The notes under the pieces were generated by a model. That model was not told where the DNA came from, did not search any database, and saw only the letters and a list, made by a program, of their open reading frames with translations. 64,000 nucleotides of DNA from Eledone cirrhosa (taxonomy: Eukaryota): the NCBI GenBank assembly GCA_964016885.1, contig OZ024741.1, positions 317,688,001-317,752,000 on the forward strand. Direction: 5' to 3'. The position numbers were made by a program, and so were the translations under genes. Of the stretch, positions 31,832-45,964 are shown piece after piece; position 1 is the first letter of the stretch; each line of letters starts with the position of its first letter.

Positions 31832-33410
31832 TATATATATAATGTATAATATATATAGATAAATACATAATATATGTATATAATATATATATATATATAT
31901 AACATAGTACATATACACATACACATATGTGTGTGTATGTGTGTTATATATAGATTTTAAACTTTATATATAATGTAGATATAAATAAACAAAGTTATGT
32001 GCGTTGTAAGAACAAAGATATATATATATATATATAAGAAAGTGTTAATTATCAAATGAGCGTTGCGAAAGAAACAAAGAAATTCTGTGCAGCCATCTCG
32101 TAATGTTGGCTTTAAAACAACAACAGCAGAAATTATTAACCAATGTACAATGTTTAAAAAATAATAAATAAAATAAGCATCATTGAATGAGAGAGAGAGA
32201 GTGCGAGATCCAGATACTTGCCTTCAGTCGTCCTGCCAACACCTTCCTTCCATTCCTTCTTATCTTGTTGTTGTTGTTTACTCACTCTGTAGATTTGTTT
32301 GTTATTACATATAGCAGGTGCGGGATAAACGTTTCGCCGAAATTTTCTGGGTTTATTTTAGTCCCCAGGCCTGTATTTTGTGGTTATACGTACTCATTAT
32401 GGTTCGATTTACTCCAAAATAACACACACACACATACGCAACAAACACAATCTGATAGTAAATTGTGGATCGTGTTTGGGAAAAAAAATTAATAGCTTTT
32501 ATATATATTCATCCAATTAAGCGTGTCTGTGAGAGAGAAAGGTAAGAGAGAGAGAGAGTGTGTGTGTGAGGGCGATAGAGAGAAATGGGAAGAGAGATAG
32601 AAAGAGTCTGTACTCCGATCACTTCTGTAAAAAATGTCTGATTATTTGTGATAGAGAGGAAAGCCTCTCAATTTTTGTCCTGCTGAACTGCGTGAACATG
32701 GAATAAAAAAATAAAGGTGCAAAAAATGATGTTGCATTTAAATATAGTTAGAGATTCCTTCCTGGATTTATATACATATGAGAAGGAAATATATAGTGAA
32801 AATGTTTGATCAGTAGTGAAAAAAACAAGATGACTTAGTAGCTAACAATATATTCTCTTCGTCCGACAGGCCGGTGTGAGTCTGTATGTGTGCGTGTGTG
32901 AGAAAGTGAGAAAAAAAGATACACAAATAAGAGAGAGAGAGAAATATATTTTTTTCTTTCGAGAGGTCGACAGACATATGTAAGACTGGTCCAGATTACA
33001 GCACACAGCACCAGTTTTTTTAGCAAATAAATTATGTTGTCTGTGTGTCGCTGCTTCCGTGTTAACTGTGTGTGTGTACGTGTACACACAGATGGACTTA
33101 CACTTCTCCACAACACTGAATGTGTTGAATACATACATAAATTTGTGTGTAAAATATTCCATATTGTGCATGTGTAACTATTTTGACTACGATCTATAAA
33201 CACCGTATTTTTTTCAAGATAAAATCATGTCCTCTTCTGCTACATATTAAGGCAGATTGAGTTTGAAATCTAGTCTTTAAGATATATTATATTATCATAA
33301 AATCATTTATTTCAACACATATAGCGATATCTATACACGTGTAGAAAATATCTTCTGCGTGTACATGTTTTTTAAAATGTCAGAGGCAACGAATCAATTG
33401 TGTGTGTAAA

Positions 33411-33457
<47 letters not shown>

Positions 33458-33579
33458 GGAATGGAAAATGAAAAGAGAGCAATCAATACACAATGTGAAA
33501 GTTGAAAATTAACAGTTTGACTAATTCGTGCATTACTGCTGGTTTCTTAGACAAGTCCAACTATTCGGATGTCCTCTGA

Positions 33580-33727
33580 ATGGCACAAGGCCAGCAATTA
33601 TCCCAGTGCATTACTGGTGCTTTTATTTTATCGACCCCGTAAGGACGAAAGACAAAGTTATCCATGGAGAGATTTGAACTCAGAACATAGCGTCCGACCC
33701 TCTACCGATACTGCCAATCCACCGCCC
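33580..33727 (-). mobile_element. Nin/Deu-domain-like SINE
   Basis: Reverse complement resembles 48693-48876 and 49213-49390. Confidence 0.7.
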
Positions 33728-33823
33728 TATAAAGCTGAAGCATGTCGAGGTTGACAGGAGTCGAACATGTGACCTCTAGTCCCGTAATCTAGAGCGTTAA
33801 CCGATGACCCACAAGTGTTCTTT

Positions 33824-33986
<163 letters not shown>

Positions 33987-34039
33987 GAGATTCTACAGGA
34001 CTAGAACTGTTTCATTCATTAGAAATCATCAGGAGTCCC
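33987..34039 (-). ncRNA. Type I hammerhead (left arm of palindrome)
   Basis: Inverted copy of 34041-34093 with one stem I mismatch. Confidence 0.7.
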
Positions 34040-34040
34040 T

Positions 34041-34093
34041 GGGATTCCTGATGATTTCTAATGAATGAAACAGTTCTAGTCCTGTAGAATCTC
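34041..34093 (+). ncRNA. Type I hammerhead (right arm of palindrome)
   Basis: GGGATTC-CTGATGA-tTTC(TAAT)GAAt-GAA-ACAG..CTGT-A^GAATCTC. Confidence 0.8.
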
Positions 34094-34175
34094 TTCTATA
34101 TTAATACTTTTATACTCTGCTATGTATTGAGTACCTTACTTACTGTGGTTACCTCCGATTCAACCCGGAATAACG

Positions 34176-34222
<47 letters not shown>

Positions 34223-34609
34223 TTTATAGTCTTGTTAGTTTCATGCTTGGGAATGATAAATAAATTTTTCAATGTATCAGTCGTTAGTCCTTCATTAGAA
34301 AAGAGCCAAGTTTGAAGAGAGAGGAGGTTGGAAGGTTGGAAAAAAAGACCTTTTTTAAGATGAGTGAGGAGGGCAGGAATGCCGAGGGGAGGTGGAGTGT
34401 CCAGATATATCATCGGTACTGTTGTACCAACATATGTGCAGATGGAGTGCATTTTGTGAGTATGTGTTTTGTGTATCATTGATGGATGTGGGTGTGCATG
34501 TGTCTGAATTTTTGGTCTATTTTTATGAGTATACATGTGTGTTTGTATTTATAGGTTTATTAGTGTGCATGTTTGAGTGAGTTTATGCTGTTATTAGTGT
34601 GTTTATGTG

Positions 34610-35660
34610 TATTTGTATGAGCTCTCACCACATCCATCCAGGTCTTCCTCTAACACGCCCTCCTTCCACTGGGATTACTTGACACTTCTTCACTCAGTGA
34701 TCCTCATCCATACGCATGACATGTTCAAACCAACACAGTCTCCTCTCCTGCACACAACCTCTGATGCTTGCTGCATTTTTTTCCAGCCTTCACATGTTCG
34801 CCGTGTTCATTGGCCATGTTTCATTACCATGCAGCATGGCACTTCACATATAGGCGTCATATAGCTGACTTTTTGTTCATAGGGAGAACATTTTTGTTAT
34901 TAGCAGGGGTAGCAGTTCCCTAAACTTTTTCCATCATATCTTTATTCTAGCTACTATGCTCTCGAAGCATTCTTCTCTACTCCTAACTATATCACGTAGG
35001 TAACAGAAGCCATCAACCACTTTTATGGATCCTTTTGGGGATTGGAAAAGGTTTATATTATTTATTTTATTATTATTTTTGGCACTCTTGCTATCCTGTT
35101 AGTCTGCATGTTATCCCACTACCACTTCTGTACCCACTATTTGCATTGTGTACATCATATAGAATTTATGTCTACTTCTTCTCTATATGTTGAGCAAGGC
35201 CACTTCCCTAACAAAATTGGTGCCCTATATTCTTTCCGACTTATTAACATTTTGGTTTTTGCTAAATTTACTCTAAGCCCTTTTGATTCCAATTCTGTTT
35301 CCATAGTCAGAACTTATTCTCTAGTTCTTTTATGGATTCAGCTACAAGGACTAGATCATCTGCTTGGAGAAACTCCTATGCACAGTGAGCCTTAAACTCC
35401 TCTGCTGTAGCCTGGAGAACAGTGATGAATTGCAGTGTGCTAAGAACCAAACCCTGATGAACACCTAGCTGTACCTTGAACTCCTCACTATTCTCACTTT
35501 ACTGATAGCTCTTCTGTACATGGCTTGCACTGTTCTTATAAGCCATTCTTCTGCACCTGGTTTCCTTAAGGACCACCAGATGACCAATTGGGATACTCTG
35601 TCAAAGGCTTTCTCTAGATCAATGAAAGCTAGATATAGTGGCTTACTCTTACCTAAGAAC
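34610..35660 (-). mobile_element. Old degenerate RTE LINE (3' half; continues at ~39005-39420)
   Basis: Decayed DLEKAFD, GVHQG, PHD-finger and FCYL motifs on the minus strand. Confidence 0.75.
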
Positions 35661-36290
35661 TTCTTCTTTCACCCACTTATTCCTTCCTGGGAGTGTCATG
35701 GAGCAGAGTCCTCAAACACTCCTTCAACAAGTCCTGTCAGAAGCAACCATTCCCAATTGATCCCGGTGGTTCCCCAAGCAAGAACAGCTGAGCTCATGGA
35801 TATTATCAAAACAACTTGCTCGAAGTCTACCCCTGGGTTTCCTGCAGGTTGGTTTCCTGCAGGTTGGTTTTGATACTTGAAAAAATGAGATACTTGAACT
35901 TCTCCACCTGTTTCAATGGAATTCCATGCACATGCACATGTAGAGTGTACTGCACAAGCTTCCTTGAGAGGATGAGAGTCTCAGTCTTTGCAGCATCGAT
36001 TTTCATTCTAGCTGTGCACCACTTGGCATCAAACCTATCAAATGCATGTCAGAGATCCCCTTCAGATGAGTTAAGTAATACCATGTCAACTGCAAATTTC
36101 AACCAACTGATCTTACACCCGCCAGTCATGATACCATTTCTAACCCAGCTGCGCATGTCAATCCAGTTCATGAAGATTATGAAGAGGGGAGGTGAGAGTA
36201 CGCACTCTTGGTGTTGTCTGACTCCCACATTGAATGGTTTCGACATCGCACCATTTATCTGAACACAAATACTAGGAGAGATTTTTAAAG
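35661..36290 (-). mobile_element. Degenerate RTE/Expander-like LINE 3' part
   Basis: ORF 36049..36390 VQING..SKPFNVGVRQ..CVLSP.LFIIFM; FKYL-like motif; GAAGAA tail near 35661. Confidence 0.65.
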
Positions 36291-37870
36291 AAATAGACAG
36301 AAAGTGACATCCAAACGTGTATCCTCCACCTCTAACTAACTTACTGATGGAAAATACATTACCCCCGAGGATGGTGAGAAAAACAGCCACTCCACCTCAT
36401 GGGCCTCGCACAAGCGAGCGGCCAATTCTGCTCTGATAGCATGATAGCAGTGAGTAGGGATGTGGTCCAGGGGCCAAGGATGCTGGATGTCTCCGCTGCT
36501 ATAGGCTCTACCATAAACCTATCAGTGAGCAGCCAATACTTGGACAGTTTGCCCCCTTCAGCTTTGGCCGGCAGCAGAGTCTGGGCTGGTAGCTGAATGC
36601 ATTAGGTTGCCACTAGAGTAGGTATCGCAACATGTGGCATCCCAGATGAAGAGCCTATCCTCGTGGAATGGGAAGATTGTCATGCCGTCTGGCCTTTTGC
36701 CATCCCCTTGGATCAGCCTCACTGGCTTGAGCTTGGAAGGGAAACCTGTGCTGTCCAATCTCATTGAGGGTAGCATGGTGTGGGATGTGGCCAGCACTAT
36801 AATGCCATGACAATGGGTGGTGACCGAAAGGATACGCAGTGGTACCACAGATGCATTTGTGAGGCTCACAGATGCAGAGGTTGAGCCTCAGAGAAACACC
36901 AATGTGCAAGCAGTTGCTATCCAGCTGAGTGCCAGTCAGAAGTGATGGAACTTTATTGAGCCAGGCACCACTGTGGGTTTTGGAGGCCAAGTGGAAACAT
37001 GCCAGATGGTGGTTGTCAAGCCAGCACACCAACCTGTTTGAAATCATGTTGCTAAGGATGGGATCCCATTTGTGTTGATGTCTACGGAGTGGAAAGGGGG
37101 ATGGATGTTCACAGGGTAGAGGTCAAACTAGTTCCATGTTGTGTAGGCCGCCTCACACTCCTCGATCACAGAAGATTCAGCTGTGTTGTAGAGAACCCTG
37201 TTGATGAGCAGAAATAATATCCTCCTCGGAGGCCAGGTAAAGTGGTTGGGGTCAGGTGGTTCTGAAGTCTACAGATGGCTTGGGATGTTTGAACCAAAGA
37301 GTAGCCAAGACCTCCTCGGAGGGGGAGAGGATAGTGTCGTCAGAGGCGACTACTCTGACAGCAGCTAAGACATCACCATCGGTAAATTTGACATTTACAC
37401 AGGCATGTAAACACTTTGAGCTAGTATCAGGGATGGAGGACTGTGGGGACATGAATGTGTGGAGTGAGGCCTGCTCAGACACACAGCGCATAGGAATCTG
37501 CCTGAAGGTAGAGATGTTGGCCTTGACCAGGGCCGCTGTTGATAAGCCATCTCGATTGGCACTAGAGTTGGGAGGCCGAGGGCATGTGGAGCGAAATAAA
37601 ACAATCATTCCCAATCATTGTGTCAATCGGAGTCTAAGGCTTTGCAGATTGAGGCTATGAGGGCATTGACCACTGACAACCAGTCTGTTTTTAGGATCTT
37701 GAGGGGGATCTTACATAGCTGAGCGATGTTGATTAGTGAGGGTTGGTCCAGACTTCTGCCAAAGCTTCCCACTTTATCCTGCAGGTTGACTTGGATGTGC
37801 CAGTTTTGTGGGTTTCCTTAGCTGGATGGTGATTAGTTGACAGCTCAGCCCCTCTCTTGACACAAACATC
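36290..37870 (-). mobile_element. Degenerate CRE-like (restriction-like endonuclease) non-LTR retrotransposon
   Basis: SGAWLN.VP..GT.LD..LRL..C.PH.C.CG..GHH.LS (36655..37047) and DGKRPDGMT..WDATCCDT (36558..36869). Confidence 0.7.
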
Positions 37871-38289
37871 AAGCAGATAATTGAAGAGATCAGAGACAAT
37901 AACAAAATCAATTATTGATCTCTGTCACTGTTTCCTTTATACCATGTATATTTATGGATATCTTTGTGCTGGAAGGTGTTTATAATCGAGAGACCATTGC
38001 TAAAACAGAAGTCTAATAAGGCCTCCCCATTCGTATTTAGATAGGGATTGTCATTCCTTCTAAGTCAGATGGTCAATTTCAACATGTGCATTGAAGTCTC
38101 CCATTAAAATATATGACTCAGTCTTAACTACATCTAATGCTGTAGTGACTTCCTTAAGGAAGGATTGTATTCAGACTCTTTCTTTGATGCATAAACTTGC
38201 ACCACCCACAGAGACCTATCTTTCAGTCTAAGCTTCAAGAGGTAAATCCTCCCTCACATCCTGACAGCTGGGGGCTTGTGAGTATCCCT

Positions 38290-38990
38290 ACACCCACCTA
38301 TGCAGTCATTTCTGGTGCTACACCTGAATAGTGGAGTTTACATCTTCCATCCAAATCTACAGTACAAGAGCCACCCTGACTATATCTAGTTGGTAGCTTC
38401 TAGCCTCCTCCACTGGTTTCTGCTCCTTACCTGCAAGGATTCTGATATTCCAGGTTCCAATATTTATGATTTGCTCCCTTTTGAACCCACTTTGAGGTCT
38501 CAGGATAAGCAATCTTTGAATATGCATCCCCTGCTGCCCAAGACAGGTTGCAGGCCCATTGACAGTTTTTACAGCATGAGATGGAGACTGCAATATATTT
38601 TTCAAACAGGCCCCATTATCTAAGACCTGAATGCATCCCTTGTTAACCTGTGTGAAGGACGATACGATATGACTGCCTTTGTTGTGTCATATTGCAGTGA
38701 TTTTTGGTGGTCTTATTCACACCAGTTACCAATCTGGTACTTTTCTCAGACCTGCAAAGACTAGGCTTTTTTAGAGGTGGCCTTTACTCACCTCATCATA
38801 GCTACATCACTGGGTTGTGAAAGTTTTCTTGGGAGCTAAAGGTGTCACCCATTGCTTCATATCCCGTAATAGTTTACTGCTGTTGGTTCTGGGTTGCATA
38901 TTCGTCTGGCAGGTGCTCGCTTATATCGAAATTAGCTATTGTATCTGGTGACCGTATCGCTGTCCGCCACCTGCGACCTGTTCTCTAACA
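38290..38990 (-). mobile_element. 5' part (UTR and start of APE) of the RTE/Expander-like LINE
   Basis: INIGTWNIRIL...EE...YQLDIV in ORF 38357..38605. Confidence 0.6.
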
Positions 38991-39004
38991 GGAAAACTCT
39001 GCCA

Positions 39005-39420
39005 AGAACCTCTTGTAGCTGTCTTACTAAAAAGAGGGCATCTGTGGTGCTTCTCCCTAGCATGAAACTAAATTACATCTCATCTAGTTTGACTCTTTCC
39101 CTAATTAGTTGTTAGAACTCTTTCTATCACTTTCATAACTTGATTTGTTAGTTTTATTCCCCTGTAGTTGTATTTTTTCCTTGTAGCAATTCATGCTTCT
39201 GCACCAGTTATTGGATGTGGCCCCATCCTGTATTATCTGATTGACTATGAGGGTATGCGGGTAACTAGTTCAACTTCTACTTCCTCAGAAGCTTTCAGCA
39301 TTTCAGTGACTATCTCTGATGGTCTCATGTTTTTACCACTTTTCATCTCTTTGATAGCTTCTTTGACCCTATAACTCTCAGTTTCCATAGTTGGTACTTT
39401 TGCTGGGTTATAATGCATGA
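39005..39420 (-). mobile_element. Old degenerate RTE LINE, upstream RT part
   Basis: AIKEMKSGK..PSEIVTEMLKAS; FLVRQLQE-like sequence at 39010-39035. Confidence 0.7.
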
Positions 39421-39628
39421 ATAGCCTAGATGAAAACATTAAGACATCTTATTTTTCTAATGTGTGTTTTTACAAGGATGAGAAGAAAAAATATAAGGGA
39501 GAAATTAAAATGTTGAAAAACATTGCTGCAATAGTCATATATACATTATAATCTGAACATTAACTTGAAGAATTCAGTATTAAACATTAATTCTGTACAT
39601 TCTTGTGTCTTCAGAGAATTGTGATATA

Positions 39629-39839
39629 CAGGGTGACCACAAAACACACCTGCTACATTGGTGTGGAGTGAATGCCATCTTGAATTACACTGCCATCTAG
39701 CGGCTTGAATCAATTCTGCAAATGAGGAAAGACACTTTGTTAGTTTATGCAACTGTAACCAACAATATTGTAAGAATATTCATTTAAGTTTTGATATTAT
39801 AAGTATTTGAAAACAAGGCGTGTTTTTGTGGTCACCCTG
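39629..39839. mobile_element. Tc1/mariner-type MITE
   Basis: TIRs CAGGGTGACCACAAAA / TTTTGTGGTCACCCTG with TA on both sides. Confidence 0.85.
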
Positions 39840-40029
39840 TATATATATATATATATATATATATACGCAGCATACAATGTGACCTGACCTACCCCCATTC
39901 CTCTGGCACTTTTTAACATTTATTCTCAACATCACTACTTCTACCCCACCCCACATCCCTAGCAGTTGCCTCCCCCACATGAAGTGGTTGGTGATAGGAA
40001 GGGTATTCAGTTATAGAAAGCTTGCCAGA

Positions 40030-40345
40030 GAAAGGGTTGGGAGCTTCCATCAGTCGTATCAAGGACATGACACCTACCAAGTGTTGGTGATCTACACGAT
40101 AAATGCATCTAGTACACGCTGTAAAGGAGTTGGTGATAGGAAGGGCATCCAAACATAGAAATCTTGTCAAACAATGGGTTTGGAGGACCCTCAGTCATAT
40201 CAAAGACATAACATCCTCTCCTTGTGCGACAGATTCCTGGCTTGCCTGGGAGATTGGTGGCTCTGCTACAGTACTGACTTGGTCTGTATGGACCCATCCA
40301 ACCCTTGCTAGCAGGGAAAGCGACAATTAAAACGATGATGATGAT
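40030..40345 (+). mobile_element. Old RTE 3'UTR / RTE-tailed SINE remnant
   Basis: GTTGGTGATAGGAAGGGCATCCA motif and GATGATGAT tail. Confidence 0.65.
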
Positions 40346-40514
40346 ATATGATGTGTGCTAGCTGTTGAAGTGTACAATAAACATATCTCTGCATATATAA
40401 TGAGTAGGTAACCAAGACTACACTAATGTGTATATAAATATACCTATTTTTAATATGTAGGCATGTAAGCCTGCCAGAAAATACGAATTTCCCTGTAAAT
40501 TGAAAAAATAATAA

Positions 40515-40565
40515 ACACGTTTAATCGATTTTCGGAACTAGTTAGGCTCTCATCAGAAGGCGTAT
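40515..40565 (-). ncRNA. Probable degenerate type I hammerhead in a ~320-bp unit bounded by AAGTGTACAATA repeats (40368, 40689)
   Basis: Minus strand TT-CTGATGA-GAGC..GTTCC-GAA-AATCGATT-A^AA; bulged stem I ATACG/CGTGT. Confidence 0.55.
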
Positions 40566-40943
40566 ATATCATCTAAATAACCACAAAGAAACATGTATTT
40601 GATGGGCTTATATACCCATTTGCCCTTAGTAGAATTCTAATTTGCATATAATTAGCATTCATTTTGGTAGTCAATTAAGATATATATTAAGTGTACAATA
40701 TATATTGACGTGCAGCAGACCTGTCAACTCTCCGCGTCCGACAGCGAGGTCTCCCACTTACATTGCAATGGGTGAGAGATGACTTCTCTTGTGGAAATGG
40801 CTGTAGCTTGTAAAATCTCCCCAATATAGGCTTACGGGTTGTCTATTTGTCTCTATATACTTTATATGTGTATGTGCGTGTGCATCTGTCTGTTTGTATG
40901 TATATAAAGAGTGTCTAAGAGAACGAGAGAAAGAGGGAGGGAA

Positions 40944-40980
<37 letters not shown>

Positions 40981-41455
40981 TTTGTTTGGGCTATGGGTGT
41001 TTTGAATCAGGTAAAGGTGTGTGTATATATATACTCCCACAATAACATGGACTTATTGACAATCTGTATGTGTATATTCACTATTCCGCCGAGATTAACT
41101 TTGCCTTTCATCCTTACGGGGTCAATAAAATAAAGTACCAATAATACACTGGAATAATTGCTGGCCTTTTGCCAAAAGTAGAAACAATTATAATTATATT
41201 GTGTTGTTTATTATATAATATAGTATACACACTTCAACAGCATTCTAATAAATATTGCCTGTACAGGTAATCAAAATATGTATACATTATTTTGGGACAC
41301 CCTTTATATATGTGTGTGTGTGTCCTTGGGCAAGACACTTCATTTCACGTTGTTCCTTCTACCTGGAGTTGCGACCGATAGAGTATTAGCAATTGGAAAG
41401 ACCAATGGAAACATTGTTTCCTCGGCCCGATTTGACGAAAGTCGATCGACTGTCA

Positions 41456-41493
<38 letters not shown>

Positions 41494-41881
41494 TGTTATA
41501 AGAATATAAATCCACTGACTTCCTGGCATAAGACTATAGATCTGCTGGCTGTTTGTGTGTGTGTACATACACGACAGAAATTAATTCATTTAAATCATTT
41601 AAAATAATTTGAACGAATTCGATTCTGTCTTATATTGTTATATATGCTCCGTGTTAGTATTCTATATTATTATATATTCCTAAGTCTTCTATTCTTTAAA
41701 GAATCTAACCTCTCTTCTGTGTTTCTGTTTCTCTCTAAAATGACATTTTAGCCTGAAACTATTATTCCTTGGCAGCATAAACTTCCTTCAAATTCACTCT
41801 ATGTAATTTGGTATGTATTTTATGTGTATGTGCGTGTGTATATAAAGAGTGTCTAAGAGAACGAAATAAAGAGGGAGGGAA

Positions 41882-41961
<80 letters not shown>

Positions 41962-42114
41962 TTGGGCTATGGGTGTTTTGAATCAGGTAAAGGTGTGTAA
42001 ATTGAGCAGATATTTCATTAAGTTATCTCTCTGTTTTAATATTGGGATTTTGGAGGAGAATCTTCCTGGCAGAAGACCTACAATAAACTCGTTGGCAAGA
42101 ATAATAGGGATTAT

Positions 42115-42475
42115 GATGGTGGTGCCCGAGATTATGATAATGGTGGTGGTGTTGGTAAAGGTGGTTTTGGTGGTGGTGGTGATGCTTGTGTTGTGGGTGG
42201 TGGAGGTGCTGGTGGCCGTGGTGGTGTTAGTGGCAGTGGTGGTGTTGGTTGTGAGGGTAGCGGTGGAGGTAATGTTGGTGCCGCTGATGATGCTGAAGAT
42301 AAGGAAAGGGATGATGTCGACGATTGGGGTGGTTGTAATAATAATGGTAATGACAATGATAATGATGATGACAATGATGATGATGGTGACGACAATGATA
42401 ATGATGACAATGATGATGGGGATGACAATGATGCTGATGATGATGAGTCGTTTATGTCGAGATGATAATGATTAT
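42115..42475. repeat. (GGT)n/(GAT)n trinucleotide low-complexity tract
   Basis: Direct inspection. Confidence 0.85.
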
Positions 42476-42904
42476 TAGAAATGTCAAAGTCAATGACGAC
42501 AGTGAGTGTGTGCCTGAGTGAGAAAGAGAGAGAGTGTGTGTGTGTGTGCGTGTGTGTGTCAGAGACTGAGAGAGAGAGAGTACATGCATGTGTGAGAGAG
42601 AGAGAATGTGCACGTGTGTAAGAGAGAGAGAGTCTGTGTGTATGATAATGGATTGTAATACATGTATATAATTACATGAAAATATATATAACATATATTG
42701 TAAATATGTAATATGTTTAAATATATAATTGTTTCTACTTTTGGCACAAGGCCAGCAAATACCTAGTACAATACTGGTACTTTATCTTATCGACCCCGTA
42801 AGGGTGAAAGGCAAAATATATAATGATACAAATGTAACATCGATTATAATGTATATATGTGTAAATATATAATACATAAAGTCAGTTGTATATATGTAAT
42901 GAGA

Positions 42905-43170
42905 TATGTAAATATATACTATATTATATAATATGGATTGCATGTTTGTAATAACATGCAAATATATAATATGGATTGCATATTATGTAATAAGTTATGC
43001 AAATATATAATATGGATTTCATATATGTAATAAGTTATGCAAATATATAATATGGATTTCATATATGTAATAAGTTGTGCAAATATATAATATGGATTTC
43101 ATATATGTAATAAGATATGAAGATATATTATATAATATGGATTGCATATATGTAATAAGATATGAAGATA
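42905..43170. repeat. ~40-bp tandem repeat, about 6 copies
   Basis: AATATATAATATGGATTTCATATATGTAATAAGTTATGCA repeated. Confidence 0.85.
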
Positions 43171-45964
43171 GATAAAGTAGAATCAGTTTAAAAAGAAGGG
43201 TTTGCTTTGCTTATTTATCATGTAGCCAAAAATAACGGAATGGCTAGCACCACTTCAAATATTCTGTTCCCCCTATTTCTCTCTCTCTTACCCTCGCAAC
43301 CAACAACCACCAACACCACTTTAACTAACTACCAAAACCAACAACCACTACCATCACTCCACACCAGCACCAACAACCACCTGTACCACCACCACCACTA
43401 TAACTACCACCAATATTAACAACTACCATCACTACACACCAATACTAACAAGTACTACTACCACTAAAACTACCAATATCACCACAACCACTATAACTAC
43501 CACCGCCACCATCACCATTTCACACCAACAGCAGCAGAACATTCGTTTTATAACTACTGACACCAGATTGTGTCTGATAACGTATATAATAATGTGGGTC
43601 CCAGAGAGAGAAGAGTACCGTTTTTACTGCAATGGGATAGGAGAGAAAGAGAGAAACAAGACCACCTTTTTAGCAATGGGATAAGAGAGGGTCAGGCAGA
43701 CAAAGACAGAAAATGAGACTGACTTGCAGAGAAAGGGAGATAGACAGAAAGAGAGAGGGAGACAGAGAGAAAAAGAAAGAAAGATAGAGAGACAGACAAA
43801 GACAGAAAATTGAGAGTGACAGGCAGAGAAAAGGAGACAGAGAGATAGAAAGAGAGAGGGACAGACAGAGAAAGCGCGATAGAGAGAGACAGATAAACAA
43901 AGACATAAAATGAGAGAGTGACAGACAGAGAAACTGAGAGACAGACAGAAAGAGAGCTGTATCGTGGAGTTGGAAACCAAACAGCAGCAGTAATACAGGC
44001 AACTGAGGTAGAGACTGACTATGTGATATATATAATGTGTGTATATATGTATATATGTGTGTGTATATAATCTATAATATAGCTTGTTGCGTGTGTGCAT
44101 GTAATGTGTAATAGAGGATGAAAGATGCTTAACTAAGGGTCACATACACAAACACACACTTTTCGCACATAAATGTGTGTGTATGGTATACTACGTTGAA
44201 TAATGGTCTTATTCGTCTTTAATTAGTAACATCGTTATATATATATATATATATGTGTGTATGTGTGTGTGTATGGATGTATTTTATTTCGTGATAGCTG
44301 CGAAGCTATATCAGCGACTCGAACGACAGGAGTTTCGTGTTTAATGACTTGTAATTGAGTAGTTTATCTCCCGTTCACACAGCTAAACCTATATATATAT
44401 ATATATTTTTTTTTCATTTATATATATATATATATTTTCATTTATATATATATATATATATATAATGAGAGAAAGAAAAGCTATATAGAAATGAGAGTGG
44501 GTGTATCTCAATGGAAGTGTCCGTATGTCGATGTGTGTGTGTGTATATATATTCTAACGTAAAATGGTATTGTGATTTTAATTTTTCTTAACATACAAAT
44601 ATCAACGATATAGTGTATAATGTTGGGAAATACAGTTTGGTACTCACTATATTTATCTATTTATCTATCAATCGGCCTACCTATTTATCAGTCTGTCAGT
44701 CTGTCTATCTCTCCCCCTCTCACTCTTTACCAAAATAATATGCATACATTTACATAAGGCATATGTGTATATGGATGCATGTACGTATGTGCATATACTG
44801 ATGTATGTGTGCGTGTCTGTATATGCGCGTGTGTGTATGGGTATGTATATCAATGTACACACGTAAATACATATGTAAACGCGTGTGTATGTTAATGTGT
44901 ATGTGTACATACATGAGTGTGTGTTAATTGTGCGTACGTGTATGTATTTTAATGTGTATGTGTACGTTCGTTTGTGTGTGCGTGCGTGTGTTAATGTCTG
45001 CGTACGTGCATGTATGTTAATGTGTATGTGTACGTACGTCTGTGTTTGTTAGTGTGTGTACGTCTATCTATATTAATGTGTGTGTGTGTACACGTGCATG
45101 TATATTAATGTGTATGTGTACTTACGTGTGTGCGTCTGCGTATGTTAATGTGTATGTGTGCGTCTCTCTATGTTAATGTGTGTGTATATGTGTTAGTGTT
45201 AGTGTGCAAACAGTGAGAAAATCTGCACCCAAGATAGAGGGTAGTTGTTGGTGTTTCTGCCAGTCTTAATGGTAAGTGGTACATCATGTTTAGTGTCAGT
45301 GGAATGATACCGTCTTGCTAGAGCTTGCATCGTAAAAAATGTTGAACAACCACAATAATAATTGCATATATTACTTGTTTATGCTAATAATTCAGATATG
45401 TCTACTTCGTATGGATTTTGTATGGTTGTTGTTGTTGTTGGTGTTATAACTGTCTGATGCTCACCGAAATATATTTGTATTTATATCTATATATATATAC
45501 TCAATGTTGAATATTACTTGTAATGTATACAATGTATATTGCATGTGAATATAGTTTATATACGAGCGTAAAATATAATATTCTACCATACTACTATACA
45601 ACGTTTAAAGTTAATACGGTGCCGTCTGCGAATTTTATTTTAAAAGACCTGTATGTATGTTATGTACGTGTGTGTGTATGTATGTATGCGTGTGTGTGTG
45701 AATGTATGTATGTATGCGTGTGTGGACGTGTGTGTATGCGCGCGTGTGTGTACGTGTGATTTAGACATGTATTGAAGCCACACATTCAGACTAATGTAAA
45801 TTATCAATCTATTCGTCGCTCCGTCTGTCTATTCTATCTATCTCTGTCTGCCGGTTTATCGTTCTATCTATCTGACTGTCTATCATATATGTATACATTC
45901 TATTCTGTCTGTCTGTCTATCTCTATATATATGCGAGTATGTAGAGAGAGAGAGAGAGCAACTG

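Noticed and set aside
35454-35460. CTGATGA motif
   Set aside because: It is the antisense of the RT GVHQG codons; no HHR stems.
41969-42478. Hydrophobic Val/Met-rich and Gly/Asp-rich ORFs
   Set aside because: Products of trinucleotide repeats.
45449-45478. CTGATGC...GAAATATATT hammerhead-like string
   Set aside because: A9 is missing and there is no stem I or stem II.
45200-45480. Possible coding exon in a unique stretch
   Set aside because: Stops in all plus-strand frames and only short unrecognisable minus-strand ORFs.
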